Positions 10,113 through 23,400 of a stretch of DNA of 64,000 nucleotides are shown piece by piece. The stretch's first letter is position 1. Each line of letters begins with the position of its first letter. The notes beneath the pieces are model-generated. The model had not been told where the DNA came from, ran no database searches, and was given only the letters and a program-made list of their open reading frames with translations. A program made the position numbers and the translations under genes. The DNA is taken from contig JBBDRF010000005.1 in NCBI GenBank assembly GCA_040905565.1, positions 1 to 64,000 on the forward strand, read 5' to 3'. The DNA comes from Phycisphaeraceae bacterium. Its GTDB lineage: Bacteria; Planctomycetota; Phycisphaerae; Phycisphaerales; Zrk34.

Positions 10113-11264
10113 ATGCAAAGCCCCCCCACCACCGCTCCGCACATTTTCGGCCTGACGCGGGATGAGCTTCAGGCCCACCTTGCTTCGCTGGGCATGCCCC
10201 GGTTTCGCACCGATCAAATCCTCAATTGGGTCTATCAGCGGGGCGTGGCCGATCCGCAGCAGATGACGGACCTTTCCAAAGCCGACCGCGAACGGCTGGC
10301 GGCGCACCTCACGTTCACGACGCTGGCGCCGTTGCGTCATCAGTCCGCCACGGACGGCACGCAGAAGCTTCTGTTGCAGGTTCCCCCGGTCGGCCGAGGG
10401 CTGCCGGTCAAGCCTGAGATTCCCGACGATCCCAACGCGCTGATCCCGGGCGCGACTGAATGCGTGATGATTCCCGCGGAGAATCCCACCGGTGCTGTTC
10501 GCCGCACGGCCTGCATTTCCTCGCAGATCGGTTGCCCGGTCGGCTGCCGTTTTTGTGCGTCGGGCCTGGGCGGGCTGGAGCAGAATCTCACGGCTGGGCA
10601 GATCGTGGAGCAGATCTGGCAGTTGAACCAGCTGCCTGGGCTGGCTGGGGAGCGGGGCATTTCGAACGTGGTGTTCATGGGCATGGGCGAGCCGTTGACG
10701 AACTTCGACAACGTCACCCGCGCCATCCGCATTATGACCGCGCCGTGGGCCTTCGACCTGTCCGCCCGGCGGGTCACGCTTTCGACGGTCGGGCTGCCGG
10801 CCCAGATTCGTCGGCTGGCCGATCAGCTTGAGCTGCCGATCACGCTGGCGATCTCTCTGCATGCGCCCAACGATACGCTCCGCCGGGAGATCATCCCGTG
10901 GGCGGAGCGAACGAGCGTGGCGGACCTCGTGGCGGCGGCGCGTTACTACTTCGAGAAGACCGGGCGCGAGGTCACGATCGAGTACATTTTACTGCGGCAG
11001 GTGAACGATCAGCCCGAGCATGCCCGGCAACTCGCGGCCATCGCACGTCATATGCGATGCCATGTGAACCTGATCCGATACAACGAAGTGAAGGGCCTGC
11101 CGTACGGTCGCCCAGCGAGCGAAGACGTGCGGCAGTTTCAGCAGATTCTGCGTAAAGCGGGCGTGAACAGTCACATCCGCGCCAGTCGAGGCCGCGACAT
11201 CGCCGCAGCCTGCGGGCAGCTTCGGCACGAGTCGAAGAAGCCCGCCGCCCCCCCCACCGCCTGA
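10113..11264 (+). CDS. rlmN: Dual-specificity 23S rRNA m2A2503/tRNA m2A37 methyltransferase (radical SAM)
   Basis: CISSQIGCPVGCRFC, FMGMGEP, ISLHA, DIAAACGQL motifs. Confidence 0.95.
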   Translation: MQSPPTTAPHIFGLTRDELQAHLASLGMPRFRTDQILNWVYQRGVADPQQMTDLSKADRERLAAHLTFTTLAPLRHQSATDGTQKLLLQVPPVGRGLPVKPEIPDDPNALIPGATECVMIPAENPTGAVRRTACISSQIGCPVGCRFCASGLGGLEQNLTAGQIVEQIWQLNQLPGLAGERGISNVVFMGMGEPLTNFDNVTRAIRIMTAPWAFDLSARRVTLSTVGLPAQIRRLADQLELPITLAISLHAPNDTLRREIIPWAERTSVADLVAAARYYFEKTGREVTIEYILLRQVNDQPEHARQLAAIARHMRCHVNLIRYNEVKGLPYGRPASEDVRQFQQILRKAGVNSHIRASRGRDIAAACGQLRHESKKPAAPPTA

Positions 11265-11429
11265 CACGCCTTACTTATTCGAAGTGCGTTTCCTTCGAAG
11301 ATTTCACTGCATTTTGTTCAATATCGGACGCAATCCTTGCTTACAAGCGGGCATGGCTGTAGCGTGGCACGTTCGAGAGAAGAGAACGTCTTTTAAAACA
11401 TTTTTGAGCTGATTCGCTGGAGCAGGGAT

Positions 11430-14400
11430 ATGCCACATTCCCCGCGGCCTGGGTCTTTGTCTGCATCGAACACGTTCGGTGAACGCACCCGCAAACTGAT
11501 ACACGATAAATTTCGACCGAAGGGTAAAAGAGCCCAGACGGCGGGGTCGGCGTACGCGCGGCCCGCGCATGACAGGGACGGTGCGCCTCAGCGTCCCAGC
11601 GGGGATGGCTTGATGGGGTACGCGCGCGCGGACGCGGCACGGCCGGTGTTTGAGACGCTGGAGCCTCGGCTGCTGCTGTCGGCGATGCCGCTTGCGGAGG
11701 TGATCGCTGCGGACGATGTGAGCGACGTCGCGATGCACGCCGAACCTCAGGCGGCGCTGACGCAGCTGGCCGAATCCGTCGACGCATGGATGGACGACGT
11801 GCTGGCCGATTCGGCGCTGGCTGATGAGCTGCCCTTGGTCGGCGAGTCGGTGCTGACGCTGATCGATGTGGGCGATCTGATCAGCGGGGCGATCTTCGAC
11901 ACGATGGTGGGCAGCTATGAGCAGCTGAACGTGGTGCAGTCCGACCAGATCGTCGACGCTCTGACGGATCTCGACGGGCAGGTACGTAACGGGCTGGACA
12001 TCGCGCTGGATCACGGCCGAACGTTCGGCGGGCTGCTCAGCTCGGACCTGCTCGACGGCGTGGAGTCCGACCAGATCGTTTTCAGTACAGGCTTCAGTGC
12101 TGACGGCTCGATCGATCTTGATGTCGATCTCGGGGCTGAGGTGGCGGCGCTCGGCATTGTCCTCGAAGGCGGGTCGGGGCTGACGGCGACGCTGAATTTT
12201 GATGTGGAACTGATCTTCGGCTACGACCTCGACGAGAATCTGGCGGACGAAGAGCGGGCCTACCTGCAGGTCAGCGAGCTGTCGGCGGACGTCGCGCTGA
12301 ACGTGACCGATCCGCAGCTCGATCTGCGCGTCGGGTTTCTTGATGCACAGATCAACAACGGGTCGCTGAGCTACGCCGCGGGCATCGATGTGACGCTGAA
12401 CGATCCGACGAACGATCCGCTGGCGCGCGTGACGCGCAGCGATCTCGATCTGACTTCGCCGGCTTCACTGTTCGACATTGCGGCGGTGGGCGACATTGAT
12501 ATCACGCTGCCGATCGCTGCATCGCTTGGCGATTTCACGCCGACGGGGACGCCGACGCTGAGCATTTTGAGCGACGATCCGTTTGATGTGGATGGGCTGG
12601 ATGTTTCGCTGACGGATTTTGAGGATCTTGATCCGTTCACGTACATGGGGGCTGGGGGGATGCTGGGGGTGCTGCAGCACATGGCGGACGTGCTGAGTAC
12701 GTACAGCGACTCGGATCTGATGAATCATGATTTGCCGTTCACGCCGGGCGTGGGGCTGGGTGATCTGGCGGATGTTGGTGAAGCGCTGCGGGCGTATGTG
12801 ATCGACCCGTTGGTGGTGGCGGAGCCGGACCCGGAGAATCCGGACGCGGTGATTTTCGGGCAGGCGACCTTCCTCAGTGTGCAGGAGATGGTGGACGATC
12901 TCTCAGCGGTGCTGGGGGTGGATGAGTCGGCGCTGAACCTGGTTTACGATCCGGCGACGCATGAGCTGGCGTTTGATCTGCCGCTGGACTACACGTTCGA
13001 TCCGGCGGTGGTGGATTTTGGGTTCGCCATTGATGACCTGGCGCTGGCGGAGGTGCGCTCCACAGCACAGGTGGACGTGGCGGCGAACGTTCAAGGCGGC
13101 TTGCGGGTCGGCATCGAAATGGCACCGATCACGGCGACGCTTGAAGGCAGTGCCGACTCACCATCGGACGGCGTGCTCAGCGATGCGGCGGAGTTTGCGG
13201 TGATGCTCGGCGGCCTGGCGCCGCTGGCCGTCCGCGTCGAACGTGATGAAACCAATGCTTCGCTGAACGACCTGGCCGACGACTTCAACGCAGCCTTTGC
13301 AGGGGTCGATCTGGCCCTTGAACTGGGCAATGACGACTATGCGGGCCTGACGCTTGCGGACATGATCGAGGCGAAGGTCGAGGGCAATCGGCTGCAACTG
13401 GTGACCAATGCGCGCATGGCCCCGGCGTTCGTGCGGCTGGACATCGACGCGACCGATCCGATGATCACCGAGCTTCACTTTGAAGACGGGCAGATGGCCA
13501 GTGATTCGATCACCAGGCGTGCGTTTATTGAGGATGCGTCGTTCGAAGCGAACGTTTCGCTGACGGCCAGCGAGGTCGATCTCTACGGCCGATTCGGGTT
13601 CGTCGATGTCGACATCAACGATGCGTCGGCGAGTCTGACGGCGTCGGTGGACTATGCGCTGGCGAATCCGGACGACGGCACGCCGGGCGGACGCATCACG
13701 ATGCCTCGGATGCTCGAAGCGCTGCGGGATGATCCGAACGCACTGGTGACCGGCGACGGGTTCAGCGGCACCGCGCAGGCGCATCTGCCGATTCAGGTGC
13801 AGGTGGGCGATCTGTTCGGCGACGATCACCCGGCTGATCCGTACATCGACCTGTACTGGGACGATCTGAGCGTGCTTGATCCGCAGATGTTGGGCGGGCC
13901 TTCGCTGACGTACAACGACATGGATCGGCTGCTGGATTTTGAGAACGTTTCGTACGGCGACCTGCTGGGCGGGCTTTCTGATCTGGCGACGTTCCTGACG
14001 GACGATCTGGCGGGCTTCAGTTTTCTCGATGCGGACCTGCCGTTGATCAACCGCAGCGTGAGCGATCTGCTTGAGTTCGGGGCGGATTTTGCGCAGCAGA
14101 TCGAGGCGATGCAGAGCGACCCGGAGCGGGCAGCGGGAACGCTTGGACGGGTGGCCGATGCGCTGGCTGAGGGACTGGGCATTGATCCGAGCCTGACGGA
14201 GACGACGCTTGAGGAGGGGATGGTCCGGTTCGATCTGGAGCATCGCACGGACCTGGCGGACCTGGCGATGGATGTGGATCTCGACCTCGAAGCGCTGTTC
14301 GACACGCTGCCCCCTGAACTGGCGGGCCTGTCGGATCTGGTGAGCACGACGCTTGAGGGTGAGTTCACGCTGGACGCGCATGCGGTGCTGACGATCGGCA

Positions 14401-17400
14401 TCGGGTTCGATCTTTCTGACCCGGCGGACCCGAAGCTGGTCATCTTTGACGATACGGGCTTCGACCTGGCGGTGAAGGCGGAGGGGCAGAATCTGGATTT
14501 CATGGCGGGGCTGGGGCCGCTGGGGCTGTACGTGGAGAACGGGACGCTGATGCTGGGCGACCCGGCCGATCCCGACGGGTACGCACGTATCGGGGTGGGG
14601 ATTGATCCGACCGCTGAGGGATATTACGAGCTGGATAGTTTGCTGGGGTCACTGTTCGATCCGAGCGGGCCGTTTGATTTGTCGTTCACCGGCGAGGCGA
14701 CGGCGACGCTGCCGATGTTCTTCCCGACGCGGACGAATCCGCTGCTGGACGAGAGTGAGACGCCCGGCTCGAACGAGTTTGAGCTGATCGTGGCGGATCT
14801 TGCCAATCCGATCGATAGCACCACGGTGACGACGCCTGACCTTTCGTCGCTGCTGAGCGAGATGAGTCTGCTGGACAATCTGCAGCTGCTGGTGGAGGGC
14901 GTGAGCTGGCTGATGGACGACCTGGCGCACGGCGTGAGCGGTGAGTTCGCGGCGGGGCTGCCGTTGATCGGCGATCACCTCAGCACGGCGTCAGAGTTCG
15001 TCGGCGACATGCGTGACAAGATGATCGACGCGCTCGACCGGCTTGATGAAGTCGACCAGCGCAGTGCCGAATGGGTGGGCGATTTGATCTATGACGCGAT
15101 CGGCCCGGCGGGGCTGGGCTTTGCCACCGATCGCAGTCAGATCGTGGAGACGGTCACGGCTGATGAGATTCTTTTCGAGCTCAACCTGAGCGTGGTCGAT
15201 TACGCGCTCAGCAGTGACCTTGGCTTCGACGTGGCGATCCCCGGGCTGGATCTGGATCTGGATGCGGAGCCGACGCTGGCGCTGGATTTCGCGTTGGATC
15301 TGGCGTTCGGGCTGAACATCGACAACGGGTTCTTTGTGGAGACCGACGGCCGGGGGCTGAGCGCCTCGGCGGATGTGACGCTTCCGGGTGCGAGCCTGAA
15401 CGGCAGGCTTGCGGTGCTGAACCTGGCGGTGGACGACGCGGGCAGCTTCCTGTCGGCTGCGTTCGATGTCGATCTCACCGGGGGCCAGAGCGGGCGGCTG
15501 TCATGGGATGAGCTGACCGGCGACAACGGGCTGGGCTTTGCGACGACGATCACGGGTGATGCCGAACTGGCGCTGGATGTGGTGGCGGGCTTCACGGGGG
15601 CGGCGGCGTTTCCTTCGCTGCACACCGATATTCGGGTGGCGTGGAATGGTGATCTGACGACGCTGCCGGAGGTTCACTTTCAGGATGTCCAGATTGATGC
15701 GGGCGAGTTCTTCAGCGACTTCATCGGTCCGATCCTCGAAAAGGTGCGCGACGTGATCGACCCGCTGGACCCGGTGATCGACGCGCTGACGTACGAATTG
15801 CCGGCCGTCGGTGCGACGCTGCTGGATCTTGCGGCTTTGCACGGCAGCGTCAACGGCGAATTCATCGAGGCGATCATCGACGTGGTCGGCCCCGGCGGGC
15901 TGGTCGAAAGCATCCCCGAGTTCGACTACGAGGAGATGGACGAAGAGGAGATTGCAGCCCTGCTGATCCCGCTGGGCAGTTTCGTGGTGGGCGACGACGG
16001 CAACGGGTTCGGCATCATCAGCGAAGACGGCGTGGCGGATCTCGAAGGCGCTTTCGCCGGCGTATCCGACGACGCTGGGACGTTTGTGGAAGACTCGGGG
16101 CAGGTGCGCGGCGGCGGGTTCGAGATCCCCCTGCTGAGCGATCCGAGCATGGCGTTCGAGCTGCTGATGGGCGGCGACGTGGCGCTGTTCGGCTTTGATG
16201 TACCTGAGCTGAGTTTCGACTTCAGCTTCTCGCTTCCGTTCGGGCCGTTCATGGCCGGGCCGGTGCCGGTGCGTGTGGAACTCAGCGGGCAGGTCGAGGG
16301 CGGGCTCAATCTGGCGTTCGGCTACGACACGCGCGGACTGCGGCAGTTCCAGGAGAGCGGCGACGCGGCGAGCATCCTCAACGGCTTCTATGTGAGCGAT
16401 ACAGGCAATGTGGCTGGCACCGGCGAAGATGTGACGGAAGCGTGGCTGGGCGGCCGCTTGAGCGCGAGTGCTGCGATCGACGCGGTGATCGCCTCGGCGG
16501 GCGTGCGTGGCGGGCTGGGGGCCACGGTGGAAGCCGACCTGCGTTCGCAGCAGGACCGGTCGCTTGTCTATCTCGATGAGCTGGTGGGCAGTGCGCAGCA
16601 CGGGCTGCTGTGTGCGTTCGATATTTCGGGCAGTCTGGATTTCTTCCTTGAGGTGTTCGCTGAGGTAGCCGGGAGCGAGGTGACGCGGAACGTGGCGGAT
16701 ATCGAGCTGGTTTCGTTCGATCTTGCAGGCGAGCACTGCTTCCCGGGTCGCTTTGAAAATAACGACACGATGGAAGAGGCAGCCCATCTGGGCACAGGGC
16801 CGGGCATTCATGTCAGCGGCGACAGCATCGCCGACTCGGGGGATCAGGACTGGTACAGCTTCGATCTTCATAACCCCGACAGCCTGGACGTGCTGCTGGA
16901 GTTCGACAGCAGCCGCGGGCATCTGAACATGGACATCTACGATGAGAACGGCGAGCGGATTGCGCGCTCGCGTTCCTCGACGGATGATGAGCACATTGTG
17001 CTGGGCGAGGAAGAGTTCATCGACGCCGGCCGGTACTTCGTGCATGTGTACGGCGAGGGGTTTGGGAATCCGTACGACCTTGCGATCACGCCGGGGCCGA
17101 CCAGCGAGACGACGGTGTACTACATGAAGGGGCAGGATTTCCCTGCTTTCACCGATGAGGAAGCGATTCCCGACGACTTCGATCCGGTGCGTCATTCGTA
17201 TTACACGACGGCGGATGGCGCGAGCGGTAACGATGGTCTGAGCGCCGATTCGCCTTTGAACAACTTCAGCACGCTGACAAGCATGTACGACATCGGCGAC
17301 GGCGACATCGTGGTGTTCGACACCGGGTCGTACAGCTTCGATGTGACGGTGACGGAGGCGATGAGCGGCGTCATTTTTGCCGGCATCCCGCACGATGATT

Positions 17401-20400
17401 ATCGCTATCACGTGAGCTATTCCACCGGGCCGAACATCCGCGAGAGCCAGATTGGTGATGTGACAATCGACGGTGCGGACAACGTGATTATCGATTCGCT
17501 GGCGATTGAAGCGTTGAGCATCGAGGGCGCGGCGAACAACAACCTGATCCTCAACAGCATCATTACGGGCGGGCCCGATCCGGACGCGGCGGCGCTGCAG
17601 TTCCATGCGAATGCGGAGGGCGCGGATTCGGCGGGCAACGTGGTGCGCGACAGTGAGATCAGCGGCCATCGCGCGGTGCAGATCGACTCGGCCGGCGGGC
17701 AGGTGCTCCATGACAACGTGATCAAGGGCGCGGTGCTGAGCATTGCAGACCTTGATCCGGAATGGGGCGTGCGGGTGACGGACGGGGGCGTGGCTCACCT
17801 GTACGACAACGTGATCGAGGGCGTGACTGAACGGCTTGTGCAGCCGCCGCTGGCAAACGCGGTCGATGATGCGACGACACGGCCGGCGGGCGTGATTGTC
17901 GACGCGGGTGCGGACGTGCAGATGCACGATAACGTGATCGCTGGGAACACGATCGGCATTCGCAATGAGGCCGTTGTTCATGCGATTCACAACAACGAGA
18001 TTCGCGAGAACGTGGTCGGCATGGCGGGGCACGGACTGCTAGGTGTGGACAACGTCGCCGACGCCAACATGCTCTTCGATAACGCGGTCGGCATCCTGCT
18101 GGACGTCAATGCGGCGGATGTGACGGTGCGCTACAACACGCTTTTCGAGAACAACGTGGGGATTCGCTCGGTCGGCGATGCGGTGAACCACATCTACGGC
18201 AACGAAGTGCGCGACAACGCGATCGGCATCCAGGGCGGTGCGGTGGTCGGTTATGAAGACTGGTCGGAGCCGAACCTGATCCACGGCAACAGCGTCGGCA
18301 TCGCGCTGGCGGCGGGCGGCGAGGTCCGCTTCAACCGGGTCTACAACAACGTGACCGGCATCCGCGCCAGCGATGAAGCTGACGGCGGGCACATTCACCA
18401 TAACCTCGTCTATCGCGGGGAAGCGCGTGATGCGAATGATGCGGACCCCGTCGGCATTGAACTCGTGAACGTCGAGAATACGCAGATCGAGAACAACACG
18501 GTCTACCTGCCCGACGGCGACGCGGTGCGCCTGAGCGGCAGTGCGACGCAGACGACCCTTCGCAACAACATCCTGTGGACCGGCACCGGCTATGCGCTGA
18601 ACGTGGCGAATGCGGCGACGTTCGGACTCGACAGCGATCACAACAACCTCTACCGCACACCCGGGGCGGGCGGGCTGCTGGTGCACTTCCTGAAGGACTT
18701 CGGCGACCTGTACGACTGGCAGGTTGAAGCCGGGCAGGACGTGCGATCGATCGGCTATACCGGCCCGGCCCCCGATCGTGATGACCCGCTGTTCCTCCAC
18801 CTGAGCGCCGAGGCCGACGTTGATTATGATTTCCGCCTGAGCGATGTCGATTCGACGAGTATCGCCGCGGGCGATCCGGCGGATGATGCGAGTCTTGAGC
18901 CCGGCTTCAACGGCGGCCGAGTAAACCTCGGTGCGTACGGCAACACGGCGCAGGCGGCGGAAGCGTCACAGCAGTTGCTACGGTTGACGTACCCCGAGTT
19001 TCATGTGGATTGGAGCTACGCGGAGGGCCGTCAGATTGCGTGGTACAGCGATGGCCTGACGGGGGACGTGACGTTTGAACTGCTCAAGGACGACGACGGC
19101 ACGCTGGTCGGTAGTGCGGTGACCGAAGACGTGGCCACGGGCGAGCTGCTGTGGAGCCCGCAGCAGATCACCAGCGACATTTCCGAGATCGATCACGATG
19201 CGGCCTATCGCATTCGCGCCACGCATGCCGACAGCGGCGTGGTGGTTGAGAGCCGGGAGACTTTCTACATTCCCGCGCCTGGCAATACGTACTACGTGAA
19301 CGATGGCGACACGACCGACACGGAGTACACGACGACTGAGGGGGACAATCGCAATCATGGTCGGTCGGCTGATGCGCCCAAGGCGAGCATCGTGGCGCTG
19401 CTGCGGATGTACGATCTGGGCGTCGGTGACACGGTGCACATCGACACGGGCGAGTACGTCGTGGTGACGAACGTGGCGGTGGGCGCGGGGCTGGGGCTGG
19501 GTGACGATCAGGCGGTGCATGTGACAGGGCCGACGGCTGCGGACCGTCATGCGGTGCTCGATCGTGTGCTGACGGCAGAGGGCACGGCGGTGGTGGAGGT
19601 CGCGGCCGGTGACGCGATCACGGTCGACCATCTGCAACTGCGTCACGGTGAGCACGGCCTGCGGGTGCATGGCGGGACCGAAGGCTTTGAGGCGAACGAC
19701 CTGCATGTCAGCCGATCCGGCGACCACGGCGTGCAGATCGCGCTGGGCTCGGACGGCGTGGCGCTGAGCGGGCTGACGATCCGCAATGTGGGTGGGCACG
19801 GCATCGATGCTGCGGCCGACGATCTGCTGGTGAGCGGTGCCGACATCCGCGGGGCTGACGAAACGGGCATCAACCTGACCGGCATGAACGGGACGGTTCA
19901 AAGCAGCACGATCGCTGCGAACGAGACGGGCATCGAAGCGTTCGGCGACGGCGGGCATCTCATCGGCAGCGAAGACCTCGACGCGGGCCTCGGCAACATC
20001 ATCTTCGAGAATGCAAACGGCGGCATCATGGCCGACGATTCGCTGGTGGCGGGCAACCATGTCCATAGCCATGGGGGGTACACGCCGGCGATTCGACTTT
20101 ACGGCGACGCGCGGGCGACGCTGAACGTGGTGCATCACAACCGCACGGGCATTCAGGCCACCTCCAGCGGCACCACGGTCGACCATAACCGCGTCTACGC
20201 CAACATCGACGTCGGCATTCGCGGCGGCGGGAACACGAACATCCATCACAATGTCGTCTACTCCAACGACTACGGTATTCGGGCGGAGGGGCCTCACAAC
20301 TTCGGCGGCGGCGTGAGCGGCGACATCGCGCACAACATCATCTACGACAACGCCTCGGCGGGCTTGTTCCTCGACAGAGCGGACACTGACGATCCCACGC

Positions 20401-23400
20401 CGGTCTTCAATAACACCTTCTATGAACTTGAGGGCAGAGCGGTGCAGCTCGGCCCCGACGGGGCGGGCGTGGCGCTGCGCAACAATATCTTCGTGACCGA
20501 CACCGGCACGGCGATCTATCTGCAGAGCGGCTCGGAAACCGGACTCACCAGCGATCACAACCTCTTCGACATTCGCGGCAGCGGTGCGGTCGGCTTCTGG
20601 CAGGGAAGCGCACGCAACGACTATCTGGCGTGGCGCAATGCGAGTTTTCAGGATGCGAACTCGATCGCGGCTGCCCCGCTTTTCGTGAGCGTTTCGACGG
20701 ACCCCAGCCAGATCGGCTACATCGATGAGCAGCAGGACGGCCGGGACGATGATTTCCATGTCCGCTCGCAATCGGGCAGTTATCACGGCGGGACGCTGAC
20801 GCCGGTGATCGACGCGGCGACGGGGCTGCCTGTCCAGCTTGATGCGACGCTGACGATGGACGCGGCGCATTCGCCCGCCATCAACCGTGGCGACGACAGC
20901 GATGACAACAGCAATGAGCCGACGCCGAACGGCGGGTACATCAACCTCGGCGCCTACGGCAACACCGAGCAGGCCTCGGAGAGTCTTGATGAGTACCTGC
21001 TGCTGATGCGGCCGGACGGCGGGGAGAGCTGGCCACAGGAGCAGACATTCACGATCGACTGGCGCTCGCACGACACGGCTTCGAACATCTCCATCGAACT
21101 GCTGGACGATCAGGACAACGTGGTTCACACGATCGCTGACAACATCGCCGATGCCGGCTCGCATGACTGGACGGTGACCGATGCGGTAGACACCGGCGAG
21201 TACGTCCTGCGCGTGACGCGGCATGACGTGGGTATCTCGGTGACGACGAGTGACGTGATCACGATCACCGATCCGGTGACGCAGTACTTCGTGAACGATC
21301 GCAGCACGACCAACGACGCCTACACCACGGCGATCGGTGACAACGCGAACGACGGCACTTCGGCTGCGACGCCGATGGCTTCGATCCGTGCGGTGATTGA
21401 AACGTACAACCTGGGCGCGGGCGATGAGATTCTTGTCGACGTGGGCAACTACGACGTGAGCAACAACGTGGTGCTGGCTGCGGCAGAGTCGGGCATCATC
21501 ATTCGGGGCGTTTACGATCCGGACGACCTTGCTGCGAGCACCGTGCTCAACCGCAACAGCACCGCGTCGGGCAGCTATGTTTTCGAGTTCGACGGGGCGA
21601 GCGATGTGACGATCGAGTCGCTGGCGATCATGGGGGCCGATTCGGGCATCTTTGCTGACGAGTTCGTCGGCTCGACGGACGTGACCATCAGCAACGTGCT
21701 GTTCTCAGGCCACGGCTCCAGCGGCATCACGATCGACGAAGACAACGACGGCTGGCTGATCGAAGCGTCCACATTCGACGGCCAGAACAACAACACGCAG
21801 GCGATCGAGGCGATCGCGGCTGACAACACGGTGATTCGCGGCAACGAGATGTTCGGCCACGACAGCCGGGTGATTCAGGTGTGGGCCAGTTCGTCGACCA
21901 GTTCGTTCGTGAGCGACACCGTGACCGGCACCGTGATTGAGCAGAACACGATTTACGATAACGACGATGACGGCATCAGCACGCGGCATCACATCGAAGG
22001 CATCATCCGTGAGAATACGGTCAACAGAAACCGGCAAGGCATTATTGCCCGTGGCGATAACGTGCTCGTCGAGAACAACATTGTTCACGACAACGAGTTC
22101 ATGGGCATCGAAGCGCGCGACGGCGAAGGGCTGGTCATCGGCAACGAAGTGTCCGGCAGTTCGATCGGCATCTACGCCAGCGATCAAGGCCGCATCGAAA
22201 ACAACATCGTGTACGGCACGAGCCAGGAAGGCATCCGCGGCATCCACACCGTCGAGATCGTCAACAACCGCGTCTTCGATAGCGAAATCGGCATCGAGGC
22301 GACGCACTTCGTACAAGTGGTTGGCAACCAGGTCTACAGCAACACGCACGGCATCATGGCGGGAAGCTCGAACGGTACGTCTCGGTTCCGAGGCGATATC
22401 GTCAACAACCTCGTCTACCTCAACAGCCAGTCTGAAATCTACCTCAACGGCTGGAACGAGAGCCCCCTCGTCGCCAACAACACCATCTACACCGAAGGCC
22501 GAGGCATTCATCTCGACGGCGAGGTGGAAGACGCGGACCTGCGGAACAACATCATTCAGGCGGTTGGCCAGGGCACCGCACTCGTGGTGGATGCTGAGAG
22601 CCAGGTCGGCTTTACCAGCGACTATAACCTGTTTGATCTGGTCGGCGACGATGCGAGCCTTGCGAACTGGGGCGGCACGATATTCGACAGTCGCGCCGAC
22701 TGGTTCTTTGAGATCGGCCACGATGCGCACTCCAACATTGACGATCCGAATTTCGCCGATCCCGCCGGTACCGACGGCGTCCTCGGCTACGACTCCGCCA
22801 CGCAAACGGACTACGGCATCGACGATGACTTCAGTCTGCTGAGCGGTTCGCCCGGCATCGATATGGGCGACCCGACCTTTGCCTTCGACAACGAGTTGAG
22901 CTTCAACGGCGGGCGGATCAACCTCGGCCATCACGGCAATACCGAGCAGGCGACCACCAGTGCGGCTGCGTCGCTGTTGCAGGTGCTCAGCCCGCGCGGC
23001 CTTGAGAAGTGGGCGGTCGGCGAGACGGTGCAGATCGATTGGCGCACCCATGGGCTCGACGAAGCGGGGCTGGTGACGATCGAACTAATCGACGCGGACA
23101 CTGGTTCCGTCACGGCGACCGTTGCGGAAGATGCTGCAAACAGCGGCAGCTTTGACTGGGTGATCGATACCGCTCTGCAGGAGGACCGCGAGTATCGCCT
23201 GCGGATCACCTCCGATCAGGGTGCTGGGGTGTGGGACGAATCGCGCGACTTCCTGCTTGTGAACGACGGACGCGTGTTCTATGTGAACGATGATTCGACG
23301 GATAACGTCACATGGGTCACCGCGGCGGGCGACAACACCAACAGCGGCAAAAGTGTCGACAACCCCATGCGATCGCTGGCGGCGCTGATGTCTGCGTACG

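Noticed and set aside
11278..11400. Inverted repeat TTCGAAG-N8-CTTCGAA and a weak GG-N10-GC upstream of the giant gene
   Set aside because: Short, single occurrences that could be chance; no regulator can be assigned.
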